DNA of 64,000 bases from the human T2T-CHM13v2.0 reference genome, Homo sapiens (GCF_009914755.1 NC_060947.1), one strand, 5' to 3'. Shown: positions 1 to 35,624, numbered from the stretch's first letter. Notes: generated by a model not told the origin, from the letters alone. Made by a program: numbers and translations.

Positions 1-2337
1 CAGTCCCACAGAGCGAATAATTGAATCACTGGACACATGTCGGTGAAAAACTAGTTCATTATCATCTAAGCCTAGAACTAACACTGTTTTACATATGAAC
101 ACAAAGTATCTTTGCCCAGTTTCCATATATCCTGAATTTTCCACAAATGCAGGTACTGTTTCAATTGAAGGAAGATTGTACTGTTTTATTTAAAAATTAT
201 TAATAGTTCATCATTTTGGAAAATGAGGTTCCTAGTAGCAATGCTGCTCATGGAACTTGAGTTGTGAAATCAACACACCTTTCCAGTTTGCATTTGTGGC
301 TCTACTGGGCAAGTGTCTTCCCACCAGTTAGTGTAGCTGTGCGGCGGCATTTACATATTATAATACATTGTTTTATTATAATCATTTTGCTTTCGTTTGT
401 TGACAGATCATGTTTTTTGAAATTGTGTTTGTAGGTTTACATAAACAATTTAGGTTTTGTTATTTCAGTATAGGTAAAGGGGGCGTTAGAAAATACTCGT
501 TATGAAAAGGAGTTGGGTCTTTCACAGGGTTATGGAATGTAGCAGACTCCTTTTATAGATGAGCAAATTGAGACCCAAAGCCGTTAAACAACTTGCCCCC
601 GACAGTGTGATATTCTCTCCCTATCTCGTTCGAATTTCCGTCTCGATTTTAAAAATTGAGAAGGGAGAGAAGTTATGTGTATAGTAAATTATGTGATGAG
701 CACGAACTATTTGAATTCTGGCAGCAGAAGACCTTTTGTGGGGGTGGTGGAAACCACTGCGTTTTATTTAATTTCGTAGGGCTGAGGGTCAGAAGAGAGG
801 GGAAAGCGGTCATAAGAAACTACGGATGTGCGGGCGCCGGCTCAAAGCCGGGAATCCACTAGTAAACACCTTCTTCTATTTAAGGGCCTGCGGCACCGAA
901 GCCGGGACTTGGGGTGGCCTGCCTAGGAGGGAACCACAGGAAGAGGTTCCACCGACGGTAGAAACCCGGTTCCTCCTGTTCCTCATCCACCGCAGCGGCC
1001 TGAGAGTCACCCCGAGCCCAGGCCGGTAACCCCGCTGCAGCCCCTCCGGCAGGCCCAGGTTGCACCGGCTACAAACATTCCCGACACCCTTGGGCCCTAG
1101 AAGAGCCGTTCGCCACCCGCGGGGTCCCCGCAACGCCGGTGGTCACCGGCCCTAAGCCGCTGGGCGCCCCGCGGGAGGAAACTAGGGGCAAATGTAGCCC
1201 GCATTCCTGCGGAGAGCCGGGGTCCCGGGAGGGCGCGCCAGCGGCGGTTCCGGATCAGCGCGTGTCTGTCTCATTGTTCCCTCACCGCGGGGGGCGGGGG
1301 CGGAGGCGCGCGCGCACACGTCGGGGGGTTGGCCAGGAGGGGCCATTGTGTGTTTCTAGGCGGCGCCCCCGCTGCCTAGGCAACCGCGCAGGAAGGTGTC
1401 CGGCCACCTGCGCGCGCCGCCGGCTCCCCTCCATTTCCCCCCGACTCCCGCCCCGGTCACCATCCTACCCTCCTCCCTCCTCCTTTCCCCTTACTCCGCT
1501 CCCCTCTTTTCCCTCCCTCTCCTCCCCTTCCCTCTGTTCTCTCCTCCTCTTCCCCTCCCCTCCCCCGTCCGGAGCACTCTATATTCAAGCCACCGTTTCC
1601 TGCTTCACAAAATGGCCACCGCACGCGACACCTACGGTCACGTGGCCTGCCGCCCTCTCAGTTTCGGGAATCTGCCTAGCTCCCACTAAGGGGAGGCTAC
1701 CCGCGGAAGAGCGAGGGCAGATTAGACCGGAGAAATCCCACCACATCTCCAAGCCCGGGAACTGAGAGAGGAAGAAGAGTGAAGGCCAGTGTTAGGAAAA
1801 AAAAAACAAAAACAAAAAAAACGAAAAACGAAAGCTGAGTGCATAGAGTTGGAAAGGGGAGCGAATGCGTAAGGTTGGAAAGGGGGGCGAAGAGGCCTAG
1901 GTTAACATTTTCAGGCGTCTTAGCCGGTGGAAAGCGGGAGACGCAAGTTCTCGCGAGATCTCGAGAACTCCGAGGCTGAGACTAGGGTTTTAGCGGAGAG
2001 CACGGGAAGTGTAGCTCGAGAGAACTGGGACAGCATTTCGCACCCTAAGCTCCAAGGCAGGACTGCTAGGGGCGACAGGACTAAGTAGGAAATCCCTTGA
2101 GCTTAGACCTGAGGGAGCGCGCAGTAGCCGGGCAGAAGTCGCCGCGACAGGGAATTGCGGTGTGAGAGGGAGGGCACACGTTGTACGTGCTGACGTAGCC
2201 GGCTTTCCAGCGGGTATATTAGATCCGTGGCCGCGCGGTGCGCTCCAGAGCCGCAGTTCTCCCGTGAGAGGGCCTTCGCGGTGGAACAAACACTCGCTTA
2301 GCAGCGGAAGACTCCGAGTTCTCGGTACTCTTCAGGG

Positions 2338-15805
<13,468 letters not shown>

Positions 15806-18360
15806 GCCTGCTTTGCAGTAGGTCACCCTGCCAAACAAGCTAATATGGAAACCACATGTAACTTAGCCAGACTATACCTTGTGTAGCTTCAAGAACTCGC
15901 AGTACATTACCAGCTGTGATTCTCCACTGAAATTTTTTTTTTAAGGGAGCTCAAGGTCACAAGAAGAAATGAAAGGAACAATCAGCAGCCCTGTTCAGAA
16001 GGTGGTTTGAAGACTTCATTGCTGTAGTTTGGATTAACTCCCCTCCCGCCTACCCCCATCCCAAACTGCATTTATAATTTTGTGACTGAGGATCATTTGT
16101 TTGTTAATGTACTGTGCCTTTAACTTTAGACAACTTTTTATTTTGATGTCCTGTTGGCTCAGTAATGCTCAAGATATCAATTGTTTTGACAAAATAAATT
16201 TACTGAACTTGGGCTAAAATCAAACCTTGGCACACAGGTGTGATACAACTTAACAGGAATCATCGATTCATCCATAAATAATATAAGGAAAAACTTATGC
16301 GGTAGCCTGCATTAGGGCTTTTTGATACTTGCAGATTGGGGGAAAACAACAAATGTCTTGAAGCATATTAATGGAATTAGTTTCTAATGTGGCAAACTGT
16401 ATTAAGTTAAAGTTCTGATTTGCTCACTCTATCCTGGATAGGTATTTAGAACCTGATAGTCTTTAAGCCATTCCAGTCATGATGAGGTGATGTATGAATA
16501 CATGCATACATTCAAAGCACTGTTTTCAAAGTTAATGCAAGTAAATACAGCAATTCCTCTTTCAACGTTTAGGCAGATCATTAATTATGAGCTAGCCAAA
16601 TGTGGGCATACTATTACAGGGAAAGTTTAAAGGTCTGATAACTTGAAATAGGTTTTTAGGAGAATTCATCTACTTAGACTTTTTAAATGCCTGCCATAAA
16701 TGAAATTGAAATGGTAGAATGGCTGACCACAGCAATGACCAGCCCTCATTAGGGCCCTGGATGATTTTTGGTCTAATAACGCATGCTAGTGTTGATGTTT
16801 TTTGGTCAAGAGGGTATGAACAGGAAGAATTAAATGCAGCAGGCTTTATTTTAAATGCCGATTCACATTACTCTGTTCAAGCTGCGTTGAGATGTTAAAC
16901 TGGCTTACTATAGACTTCGTAAAAATGGCTCCAGAAGAGTAACAAACTGAAATCTTTGAGATCACACAGGTTGGAAATATGTACATAACTGCACAAGGTG
17001 TCAATTCTGCTCTACAGTGCAGTTTTAGTCAGTTTTAGTTGCATAGGTTTCCATTGTATTTATAGTCTGTTTATGCTAAATCTGGCCAAAGATGAGCATT
17101 GTCCACCACTAAAATGCCTCTGCCACTTTGAATTCTGTGCTAATTTTGTGGCCAGAATGCGGTGATCAAAACGCTCCATCTTTTTACAGTGGCATAGGAA
17201 GACGGCAAAAATTTCCTAAAGTGCAATAGATTTTCAAGTGTATTGTGCCTTGTTCTAAAACTTTTATTAAGTAGGTGCACTTGACAGTATTGAGGTCATT
17301 TGTTATGGTGCTATTTCAATTAGTCTAGGTTTAGGCCCTTGTACATTTTGCCCATAACTTTTTACAAAGTACTTCTTTTATTGCACATTCAGAGAATTTT
17401 ATATATATGTCTTGTGTGCGTGTCCTTAAACTTCCAATCTTACTTTGTCTCTTGGAGATTGTTGAACGCAGCTTGTCTAGGAAGGGGATGGGACTAGATT
17501 CTAAAATTTATTTGGGACCATGGGAATGATAGTTGGGAAGAAAACTATTTGCACACGACAGATTTCTAGATACTTTTTGCTGCTAGTTTTATGTAATATT
17601 TATTGAACATTTTGACAAATATTTATTTTTGTAAGCCTAAAAGTGATTCTTTGAAAGTTTAAAGAAACTTGACCAAAAGACAGTACAAAAACACTGGCAC
17701 TTGAATGTTGAATGTCACCGTATGCGTGAAATTATATATTTCGGGGTAGTGTGAGCTTTTAATGTTTAAGTCATATTAAACTCTTAAGTCAAATTAAGCA
17801 GACCCGGCGTTGGCAGTGTAGCCATAACTTTCTGATGTTAGTAAAAACAAAATTGGCGACTTGAAATTAAATCATGCCAAGGTTTTGATACACTTGTCTT
17901 AAGATATTAATGAAACACTTCAAAACACTGATGTGAAGTGTCCAGATTCTCAGATGTTTGTTGTGTGGATTTTGTTTAGTTGTGTGTTTTTTTTTTTTTT
18001 TTCAGTGAATGTCTGGCACATTGCAATCAAACATGTGGTTATCTTTGTTGTATTGGCATAATCAGTGACTTGTACATTCAGCAATAGCATTTGAGCAAGT
18101 TTTATCAGCAAGCAATATTTTCAGTTAATAAGGTTTCAAAAATCATGTAAGGATTTAAACTTGCTGAATGTAAAGATTGAACCTCAAGTCACTGTAGCTT
18201 TAGTAATTGCTTATTGTATTAGTTTAGATGCTAGCACTGCATGTGCTGTGCATATTCTGATTTTATTAAAATAAAAAGTTGAACTGCACAGTCTCCTTTG
18301 TTGTTGTCAATTGTGGTTTATTTTCAGAGGTGTAAATAAAGTGCTCTTGCCTGAAAAATT
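15806..18360 (+). other. DDX3X: DDX3X long 3'UTR
   Basis: Repeat-free AT-rich sequence after the stop codon, ending at the poly(A) signal cluster. Confidence 0.85.
18265..18340 (+). terminator. DDX3X: Distal poly(A) signals (ATTAAA/AATAAA 18265-18275; TGTA-AATAAA 18331-18340); proximal AATAAA at 16193-16198
   Basis: Hexamers followed by GU/U-rich downstream elements. Confidence 0.8.
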
Positions 18361-18724
18361 GTAAAATGTTATTTTTTGCTTGTCATCCAGTGCTATTTTT
18401 TGAGATGCCTCTTGGATACAGAATGACTCATACCATAAGTATTTGCAATGAAAGATGAAGATAGTATTAGTTTGAAATACAGTGAAACAGGATTTTTGTA
18501 ATAGACGGAAATCTAAAAGGCCCTTACTGATAATACAGCATGTATTAGAAATTGGCTTATACTTTGAACAATTTGACATGGGTGGGAGTCTCTTTGTTCT
18601 TTGAAGTATCTATTATGAAGGATGGTTGAACAGTGGAAGAATGAGCAGGATAAAAGTCAAGTGTGTCAGTAGTCCAACAAGTGATGGTAAGTATATACTT
18701 AGGGAAGGAATCAAGACTATTTGG

Positions 18725-18852
18725 GCCAGGTGTGATGATTACATAGTCCTATAGTGCTAGTTTACTTGGAAGCTGAGGGGCAGGAAGATTGCTTGAGCCC
18801 ACGAGTTCAAGTCCAGCCTGGGCAACGTATAGCAAGACCTTATCTCTGAAAA
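18725..18852 (+). mobile_element. FLAM Alu monomer
   Basis: GGCCAGGTGTG...GATTGCTTGAGCCC..GAGTTCAAG..CAGCCTGGGCAAC. Confidence 0.75.
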
Positions 18853-21374
18853 CAGGTAATAAGACATCTATGCTTACTGTACACACTGCTGCAATAGGCT
18901 GCTACCACAAGTGTATAGGTGCTTGGTTAGATTGAGCCATACTAGCGGTTTGATACGTTTCAATCTAACAAATACGTATTCAGCTTTTGTTTCAGTAAGT
19001 TGAAGGTTTGCAGTATGATTAAGAATTTTTTGCATTGTAAGGAAGTATGGTTCTGGATAATCTTTCCAGTCATGAACTCAAAATAAGCATAAGTTTTTAG
19101 GGCAGAATTTTGACACATGGCCATATGTATTTTGAAGATAGAAAAGATGATGGTACTTGAGTCTCGATTTAGTCAAAATAAGCATGGAAAGGTTTGGGAT
19201 TGCTAGATTGGATAGTCAATGGCTGAAAGTGACTCATGGAGTGAAACGATGCTAAGGAGAGTTCAGTTTCCACTTTATGTGAATGATGAGTGAACATGAC
19301 AATCTGCTCTGGAGGAACTGCCAAAATTTGAGGTTATTTCTAGTCTAGCATGGTTAGGATTATGGTGACATAAATTTAGTATGTTTACATACTACATTAA
19401 TGTGGTTTAATTTTAATTACACTTAAATGCAGTTGTCACTCTTGGGCACTGTTGATGTGTTTCCTGGATTCTTGGCTGAATTTCAAGATTTTTAAAATGG
19501 CTTTATAGGAGCTGTGTCTAACCTTCATGCTTAAAATGTTTCCTTTGCTCCTATGCTCTACGTGACCTGCTTGAGTGGCCACAGGCTTGCTCTTTAGAGC
19601 ACAGTGACTTTGTTGATAGGGCCTCACTACTCCCACAATGCAGAGATACCTACTTATTGTAGGTACAGGGCATTGAAAGTTATAAGACTATCTTTGGGTT
19701 TTGCTTTCTTGTGTTCCATTCTATTTTTAATACAATTCTGAGTATATTTAAACCTGCTTTGCTTCATGTCCTCATTTCAGTTTATGATCTATTTTTCAGC
19801 ATGTTTAGTGTCATTGTTTCTAATGTGGCTGTCCTCTATAATGACTACTCTTCAATTTCTTCATTTTTTTTTTCCTCTTAGTTTTCTCTACATACACTTG
19901 ACTGGGTTTTTAGGATAATTCTGAGAAAGGACTTTTTTTTGACAAAGCACTGTTTAATTATATTATGAAAGGATATTTTGTGACTTGGAAAGATGTTTAT
20001 TATGGGAGAAAACAAAACGGACCAATACGATTTAAGAGCAGGAAATAGGTGTCTCAAAACAAGATAAAGTCAGCAATTCCACTCCTAGGAGGATTCTACC
20101 CAGGAGAAATGAAAATGCTAAGTATGTGAATGTTTTGTAGCATTATTCATCGTAACCAAAAAGTGGAAACAAAAATGTCCCTCAACTGACAAATGGATAA
20201 ACTAAATATATACATAAAATGAGATACTATCTCCTCTAGGTGAACAGCCACATCCCCAATTTCCTCCCCCCTCTTCAAAGGGTCATTAGGTAGGCCTATC
20301 AGTACTGTGACATATCTATATTCTAAGGCTTTCTGTAGATGTATATCCAGTTTTAGTCCTTATTTTACTGTGTGAAGCAGATACAATCATGGTTTATTGG
20401 ATATTTACTGTCTTCCTTGTTACATTGAAGATGTTTCATTTTTCGAGAGAAGTACCTCCTATCTTTCGCTGGAGATCCTCCATTCACTTCCTTTTCCACT
20501 CATTCTATTCCCAACAGCCCATCTCATTTACCTAACAGTCAACATTAGTGGTATGCAGAATGGTCCCTGAACCTCTTCTCCAGACCTCAATCACCTGATG
20601 GGATCTTTCAGTGCAAGGCGAGGGTTGACTTAGGGTGCAATCAAAACCTGATTTGGTGTCTGCTTGAGTATTGGCACTGGGAGATGTAGTGATTAATTTA
20701 GATTAGTCTTTCCTTTCTTGGAACCTAGCCATTTTCCTTTTGTGTTTCTCCAACTTGGTGTTGCAACAGAAAGTACCTGGGAAATGATTCTAGGGCAACT
20801 CTCCTAACAGGATCCTCCACCTCTGAGGTTCTCTCAGAAATCTGTGGTTTTGGTTTTGGTTTTTGCTTGTGTTTTTATTCCTAAAGCTCCCCAGGCAATT
20901 CTGATACAGCAGGCTTAGGTGTGGAGTCCACTGTTCACTCCCCTTCTTTTTGTCATTTGTTTCAGACTTAGCATTGCCATGATCATGCTTCTGGTTCTTC
21001 ATTGTGGAAGCATCTCTGTATTCCAAATTAAAACAGATATTGCAAACAAAGTAATGGCATTCTATTACGTGGCCCCTATGGCGTGGTTCTAATCTACCAT
21101 TGCAGCTTTAACTTGCCTCCCAGACCTTATCCTGTAGCTGAATGTCATGCTACTGTCTATGCAAATCCTGTGCTTTCTTCTGCCTTTGCCTTAGTTTTTG
21201 CTCACCATGTTCCTTCTAACTAGAATTGGAGCTAAACTAATGTTTTAAAATATTGGGCTGGGCGCAGTGGCTCACGCCTGTAATCCCAGCACTTTGGGAG
21301 GCCGAGGCAGGCAGATCACGAGGTCAGGAGATCGAGACCATCCTGGCTAACACGGTGAAACCCTGTCTCTACTA

Positions 21375-21581
<207 letters not shown>

Positions 21582-21887
21582 TTAAGGTGCTGGCCCGGCA
21601 CAGTGGCTCACACCTGTGATCCCAGCACTTTGGGAGGTGGGTGGAGTTCAAGACCAGCCTGGCCAACATGGTGAAACTCCGTCTCTACTAAAAAAAAAAA
21701 AAAAATTAGCTGGGCGTGGTGGCAAGCGCTTATAGTCTCAGCTACTTGGGAAGCTGAGGCAGGAGAATCACTTGAACCTGGGAGGTGGAGGTTGTAGTGA
21801 GCCAAGTTTGTGCCACTGTACTCCACTGTGGGCAACAGAGTGAGGTTCCATCTCAAAAAAAAAAAATCTCTCTCTCTATACACACGC

Positions 21888-21911
21888 ATACACACACACA
21901 CACACACACAC
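21888..21911. repeat. (CA)n microsatellite
   Basis: Direct reading. Confidence 0.9.
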
Positions 21912-22139
21912 AATAAAGCTGCCATTGACAATTACTAGTGACATAGAGAAAATAACTTGTTCCAGTGGGTAGAGAAAAAAGTAGGTTACATCTCAGTGTG
22001 CAGAATGATCTTAAGTATTTTGAAAATACATAGAAGACCAGAAGGAAACCTGCTAAAATATTAATAGTTTTTGCTACTGGTTGAAATTATAAAGATTTTC
22101 TGCTGCTTTATCCTTTCCTGAGCAGATTTTATACGGTTA

Positions 22140-25550
<3,411 letters not shown>

Positions 25551-25916
25551 CCAAAACTTTTTTATTTTTATTTTTTTGAGACAGGGTCCAGTCTTGCTCT
25601 GTCACTGGGCTCAAGCAATCCTCCTGCATTAGCCTCCTGAATAGCTGGGACTACAGGCACACACCACCACACCTGGCTAATTTTTGTATTTTTATTTTTA
25701 GTAGAGACAAGGTCTTGCTATGTTGCCCAGGCTAGTCTCCAATGCCTGAGCTCAGGCGATCCTACCACCTCAGCCTCCCAAAGTGCTGGGATTACAGGCG
25801 TGAGCCACTGCGTGCAGCCTAAATTTATTTTTATGTTGTGAACTTGGAATATCCAACCAACAGTAAAGATTACCTAGTACTTCCTAACATGGGATTCTCC
25901 TATTTGTTCATCCTAG

Positions 25917-26074
25917 GATCATGCTCCTCTGTGGAGCAAGTGCCTCCATGAAATGCCATATTTTGTGAAGAAAGTGCATGCAGGAATATTCAGGAGTCCA
26001 GCATGTAGTCATGGCAGCCTTAGGTATTTGAGACCGACCAACCCTCCTGATGAAGACAACCATAACTCATGCAG
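25917..26074 (+). other. DDX3X: Probable alternative downstream 3'UTR exon of DDX3X (GC donor)
   Basis: Branch-like TCCTAAC ~25882, pyrimidine tract and tcctag acceptor, CAG|GCATGA donor; matches my recollection of a spliced DDX3X cDNA 3' end. Confidence 0.65.
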
Positions 26075-26143
26075 GCATGAGTCTGTAAGCATTCTTAGTC
26101 TGTAAGCACCTTTTGGAAGGTTTCCTATCTGGGACAGAGATAG

Positions 26144-26440
<297 letters not shown>

Positions 26441-26736
26441 TGAGCCACCGTGCCTGGTCGACGCTTTCTAATAGTCAATTAAGTAAGTTAATAACTGCCT
26501 GGGCAGAAAATGCAGTATTCAGCTAATCCCAAACTTGGAATTTTCTACCTTTTCAGTTTCATCTTCTTAAAACTCATCATTTTGAGAGTACTTTGGAGTT
26601 ACTTGAATATTAATTCTCAGCATGCATTCAACTTAATTACCTTAATGTCCCAGGATTTTAATAACCCTTAAAATTTCCATGTCAATTTTCATCAGGGAAC
26701 CTTGTCCTTGAATGCTGCTGCTGTGACTTCCTGTAG

Positions 26737-27152
<416 letters not shown>

Positions 27153-27359
27153 TGAAGAAATCTACAGTGTTAACAGAACCCGTGGTATAAATTTATCCCA
27201 AGTATCAGTGTCACAAATACTCTTTGCGTCTAAGAAACATGCTTTCTTGGAAGCAACACTGGGAAAACTAAGTGATTTCACTTTTGCCCACCACAGGAAT
27301 GAAGTCTTACTGCATTTATTAGCAATACCCATGGTTGAATCTCTTTTACTTATTTTCTA

Positions 27360-28160
<801 letters not shown>

Positions 28161-28163
28161 TTA

Positions 28164-28686
<523 letters not shown>

Positions 28687-29489
28687 TAGCTAATTTTTGT
28701 GTTTTTAATAGAGACGGGGTTTTACCATGTTGGCCAGGCTGGTCTTGCACTCCTGGCCTCAAGTGATCCACCCGCCTTGGCCTCCCAAAGTGCTAGGATT
28801 ACAGGCATGAGCAACCACACCCAGCCTAGTGCCTCTGTTTAAGGCCAAATCTTCTATTTGTTTCTCAGGAACCTAGCGCTTGTGGTTGTCTCTCATCTAT
28901 TCATGCATCATCTATATTTCCCACTCTCCTGGCTCACTCCCTTAATATCACCCATCTTTGTTTGGGGGGGGCACAGTTGGGGTATAGGGTCTCACTCTGT
29001 CACCCAGGCTGGAGTGCAGTAGCACCATCACGGCTCACTGTAGCCTTGACCTCTTGGGCTCAAGCAATCCTCCCACCTCAGCCTCCCAAACTGTTGGAAT
29101 TACAGGCATGAGCCACGGTGCTTGGCCCAATATCACCCATCAAGCCCTCTTGATCTTATGTCCCTCTGCAGCTTGCCGCTCTGTTTTTTTTTTTTGTACT
29201 GCCCCCTGCTTCCTGCAAGACCTCAAATCCACTGTGTCTACTTCTTGCCTTATTTTTATTCTACTCTAATCAGCTTTTGTCATCCCAACGAAGTGGCTCC
29301 TATAAGTCACAGTCGGCCGGGCATGGTGGCTCATGCCTGTAATCCCAGCACTTTGAGAGGCCAAGGCGGGTGGGTCATGAGGTCAGGAGATCAAGAACAT
29401 CCTGGCCAACATGGTGAAACCCTGTCTGTACTGAAAATACAAAAAATTAGCCGGGTGTGGTGGCTGGCACCTGTAATCCCAGCTACTCA

Positions 29490-29627
<138 letters not shown>

Positions 29628-30166
29628 CTATTCTTTGTCGTTTTACTAGGCCCTTCAGCAGTACTGTACACTGAGTACATCCTCATGGACATGCTTTAGT
29701 CCCTAGGTTTCCATGTGCGCACACTTCTTGGTTCTCCTCCACTTTGGCCTCTCATGCCTGGCCCTCTTTCTCCTCACAACCCAAATATTAGACAATATAT
29801 CACAAACAAATCCCGAAGTGCTGGGATTACAGGCATGAGCCACTGTGCCCGGCCTACTTAAGTATTTTCATAGATTATCTAATGTTCAAATAATGCAATA
29901 TTCCTCAGCATCTGAACAAATGCATGGAATGGATGGTGGATAGCAAGAGATACTTGTACTTTCTCTCTGCCTTTCCCTGCCTTCTCCAGGGTCCCCCCAC
30001 ATCTCATTAAGTGGCATCTTCTTTCACCTAGTCACTCAGGTCAAAGCTGGGAAGTCATTCCTTTTTTCTTTCTCTCATACCACTTGTCATTGAATTTCCT
30101 AAGTTCTATCTCCACACCTGCCCACTGCATCATCACCACTGCTAAAATCCTGAGCCAAATAATTAA

Positions 30167-30409
<243 letters not shown>

Positions 30410-31246
30410 TAATCTGCCCGCCTTGGCCCCTCAAAGTGCTGGGATTACAGATGTGAGCCACAATGCCCAGCTGAGCCAAGTTAACTTCTTTCCTCATCTG
30501 AACTACTGGAACAGCCTCCTTACCTGGTCTCCCTGTCTCCATCATGACTTACTATACAAGACTCCTGCCAACCTTCCCTCATCCACTGTGCTCCTATCAT
30601 ACCAGCCGCCTTTCAATCCTTAACTGCGCCAAGTTCATCCTTTCTGCTGGAACCTCCTTTCTTCACATGGCTGTCTCCTCCTCATTCAGGACTCAACTCA
30701 AGTGTCACTTCTCCTGAGAGGCTCTCCCTGACATCCTTAACTAACTACTCTAATTATAAAGTTCCAAGGAAGCGCTACAGAAAAGACATCCGTCCCCTGA
30801 CAGGGCTCTGGGCTAGTCTCTTCCCTATGGGAGGTGGGGCAGGAGCTGCTGAGGCTCATGATTCTTCTTTGGCCACCTCACTCCCAGCTGATGAGGGACA
30901 GGTCAAGGACAGCCTGTGCTTCCACTGGCTCCTGGTCACTACATGTAGCGCACTCCAGGTAGACACGTTCTTCCTGGCTCCCATATTATGAGCTCATCAG
31001 ACAGCCTCCCCTGCTGTCTTCCTGCCTTGAAAGGATCTAACATGAAAGCACTTTTACTTTCTAAAAGTAAAATGCTCTCTATTCATGGGCAAGAGATTAC
31101 CACCTCACTGACTGGGACCTTCAGCTAATGCCTTTCTTTCTGGGCATTTCTTTCTTTGCTATGAAGTGAGAAGAACCATACTTGCTGTATACAATTAAGA
31201 AGTGATCTATTCAAAGAGCCACTTGATGACTGAGTGCAATGGCTCA

Positions 31247-31645
<399 letters not shown>

Positions 31646-31706
31646 TCACCTGAGGTCGGGAGTTCAAGACCAGCCTGATCAACATGGAGAAACCCCGTCT
31701 CTACTA

Positions 31707-31942
<236 letters not shown>

Positions 31943-32109
31943 TCAGAGCCACCCTGACCGCTCTTCATTTCACCACCTCTCTCCATTTGTCAGTGACCTG
32001 AGGCTGCCTCATTGTTTCTGAGCACTGTTCATATCAGCTGTTCTTCCACGCTTCCTTCAGCCTAGACCCCAGAAACAGCTGCCCCTCTGCCTTCATTCTC
32101 TCACCCTTC

Positions 32110-32560
32110 TGTAACAGATATCCCCTTCCACTCCTTCCTTCCTAACAGAACCCCAATTTGGTTCAGGATGGCAATGTGCCTCTCTAAGAATAGTTGGCTC
32201 CTCAGCCTTGTACTCCAGGAGAGACTTGCCTCCCAGTTCCGGTCAATGTAGTAATGGGAGTAGGTGGGAGTATTAGGTGGAAGTCCATGGGGCGGGTGCC
32301 CCTTCCCAAGCAAAGCCTCACAAGAGGCTTTTGGCTCTGCTCTTTTTTCTCTCCTAGAACTTGGAGCGTGATGCCCAGAAGTGTGTGAACTGGTCTGTGA
32401 CCACAAAGATGAGAACCGCATGCTGAGATTGGTGGAATGGAGACTTCAGTGAGCCTACATGCAGATGACATGGTGACACCCGTGCCCAGCCTGAGCTGTT
32501 TTCTTCTGGCCCTCTTATTACATGAGAAAAATAAACACCTATGCACCTTGGCCTCATCCC
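32110..32560 (+). mobile_element. MLT1 (MaLR) LTR, J/K-like
   Basis: CTTCCTTCCTAACAGAACCCCAATTTGGTTCAGG...GTGACCA..AAGATGAGAA...ATGCTGAG..TGGTGGA...TTACATGAGAAAAATAAAC. Confidence 0.65.
32358..32555 (+). other. DDX3X: Probable alternative terminal exon of DDX3X inside an MLT1 LTR
   Basis: tcttttttctctcctag acceptor, AATAAA 32530-32535; matches recalled cDNA 3' end. Confidence 0.65.
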
Positions 32561-32847
32561 CTCGGCTGTCTATTCTTGCAACTTTGGGGCAGGTTTAAAT
32601 TTTTTTCCAAATTAAAAATTGGGGCCAGGTGCAGTGGCTCATGCCTGTAATCCCAGCACTTTGGGAGGCTGAGGCAGGCGGATCGCTTGAGCCCAGGAGT
32701 TACCAATGAAATGGAGTGATGTCTGGGATTTGCTTCCAAATAGAGAGGAAGTGGGTCAGGGTATAGATGAAACAGGATTGATCACAGTTGACAGTTGTTG
32801 GAGTTGGGTAATTGGTAAGTCTTTAAAAAAATATTCTCTTTAGATAA

Positions 32848-33549
<702 letters not shown>

Positions 33550-34020
33550 TAATTGCTATCTGCTTAAACCCCATGGTTTGTGGTTCCTGAAACACATTTG
33601 TCTTCTCCTAATGTAAATGATTTGAAAAGGAGGTAAAAGGTATTCTGGTTCCAGCCCCCTGCATGGGCTAAAAGGACACAAAAGGAAAAGGATGATGTTA
33701 GTAAGAAAAGGATTACGCAGCTCAAAAAAGCTGAGCCCAGGCTCCCTTGACTTCCTGCATGGCCCCTGTGCCCTCATCAACACCCCAAAATGCTAACTCC
33801 AGTTGGCTCCACTGTCCAAGCTCCCCTCCGATGCCTGCTTCTCCTAAACTGCCTGCCGCCACCCTGGTTGAGGCCCCCATCGATGCCCTCACCTTAATTG
33901 CTGCAGCAGCCTCAGAATTGGTCCAGCTGTCCTGAGGGCTCTCACATTCCATCCGTTCTCCACCCAGAAGTCAGAGCCACCTCCCCAAAGAGCAAATCAG
34001 ATATATTATTCTTCCGCTAA

Positions 34021-34696
<676 letters not shown>

Positions 34697-34779
34697 TAAC
34701 TTATAACACAAATAGCAGTCTATTAATAACTGTCTCCCAGGCCAAGAAACAGCTTTGCCAGCATCCCAGAGGCCCATCA

Positions 34780-35122
<343 letters not shown>

Positions 35123-35183
35123 CTAGGGGCAGCCACACTCCTTCCTTGCTTTATAGTTTAATCACCCACATACACAGCCCTAA

Positions 35184-35624
<441 letters not shown>

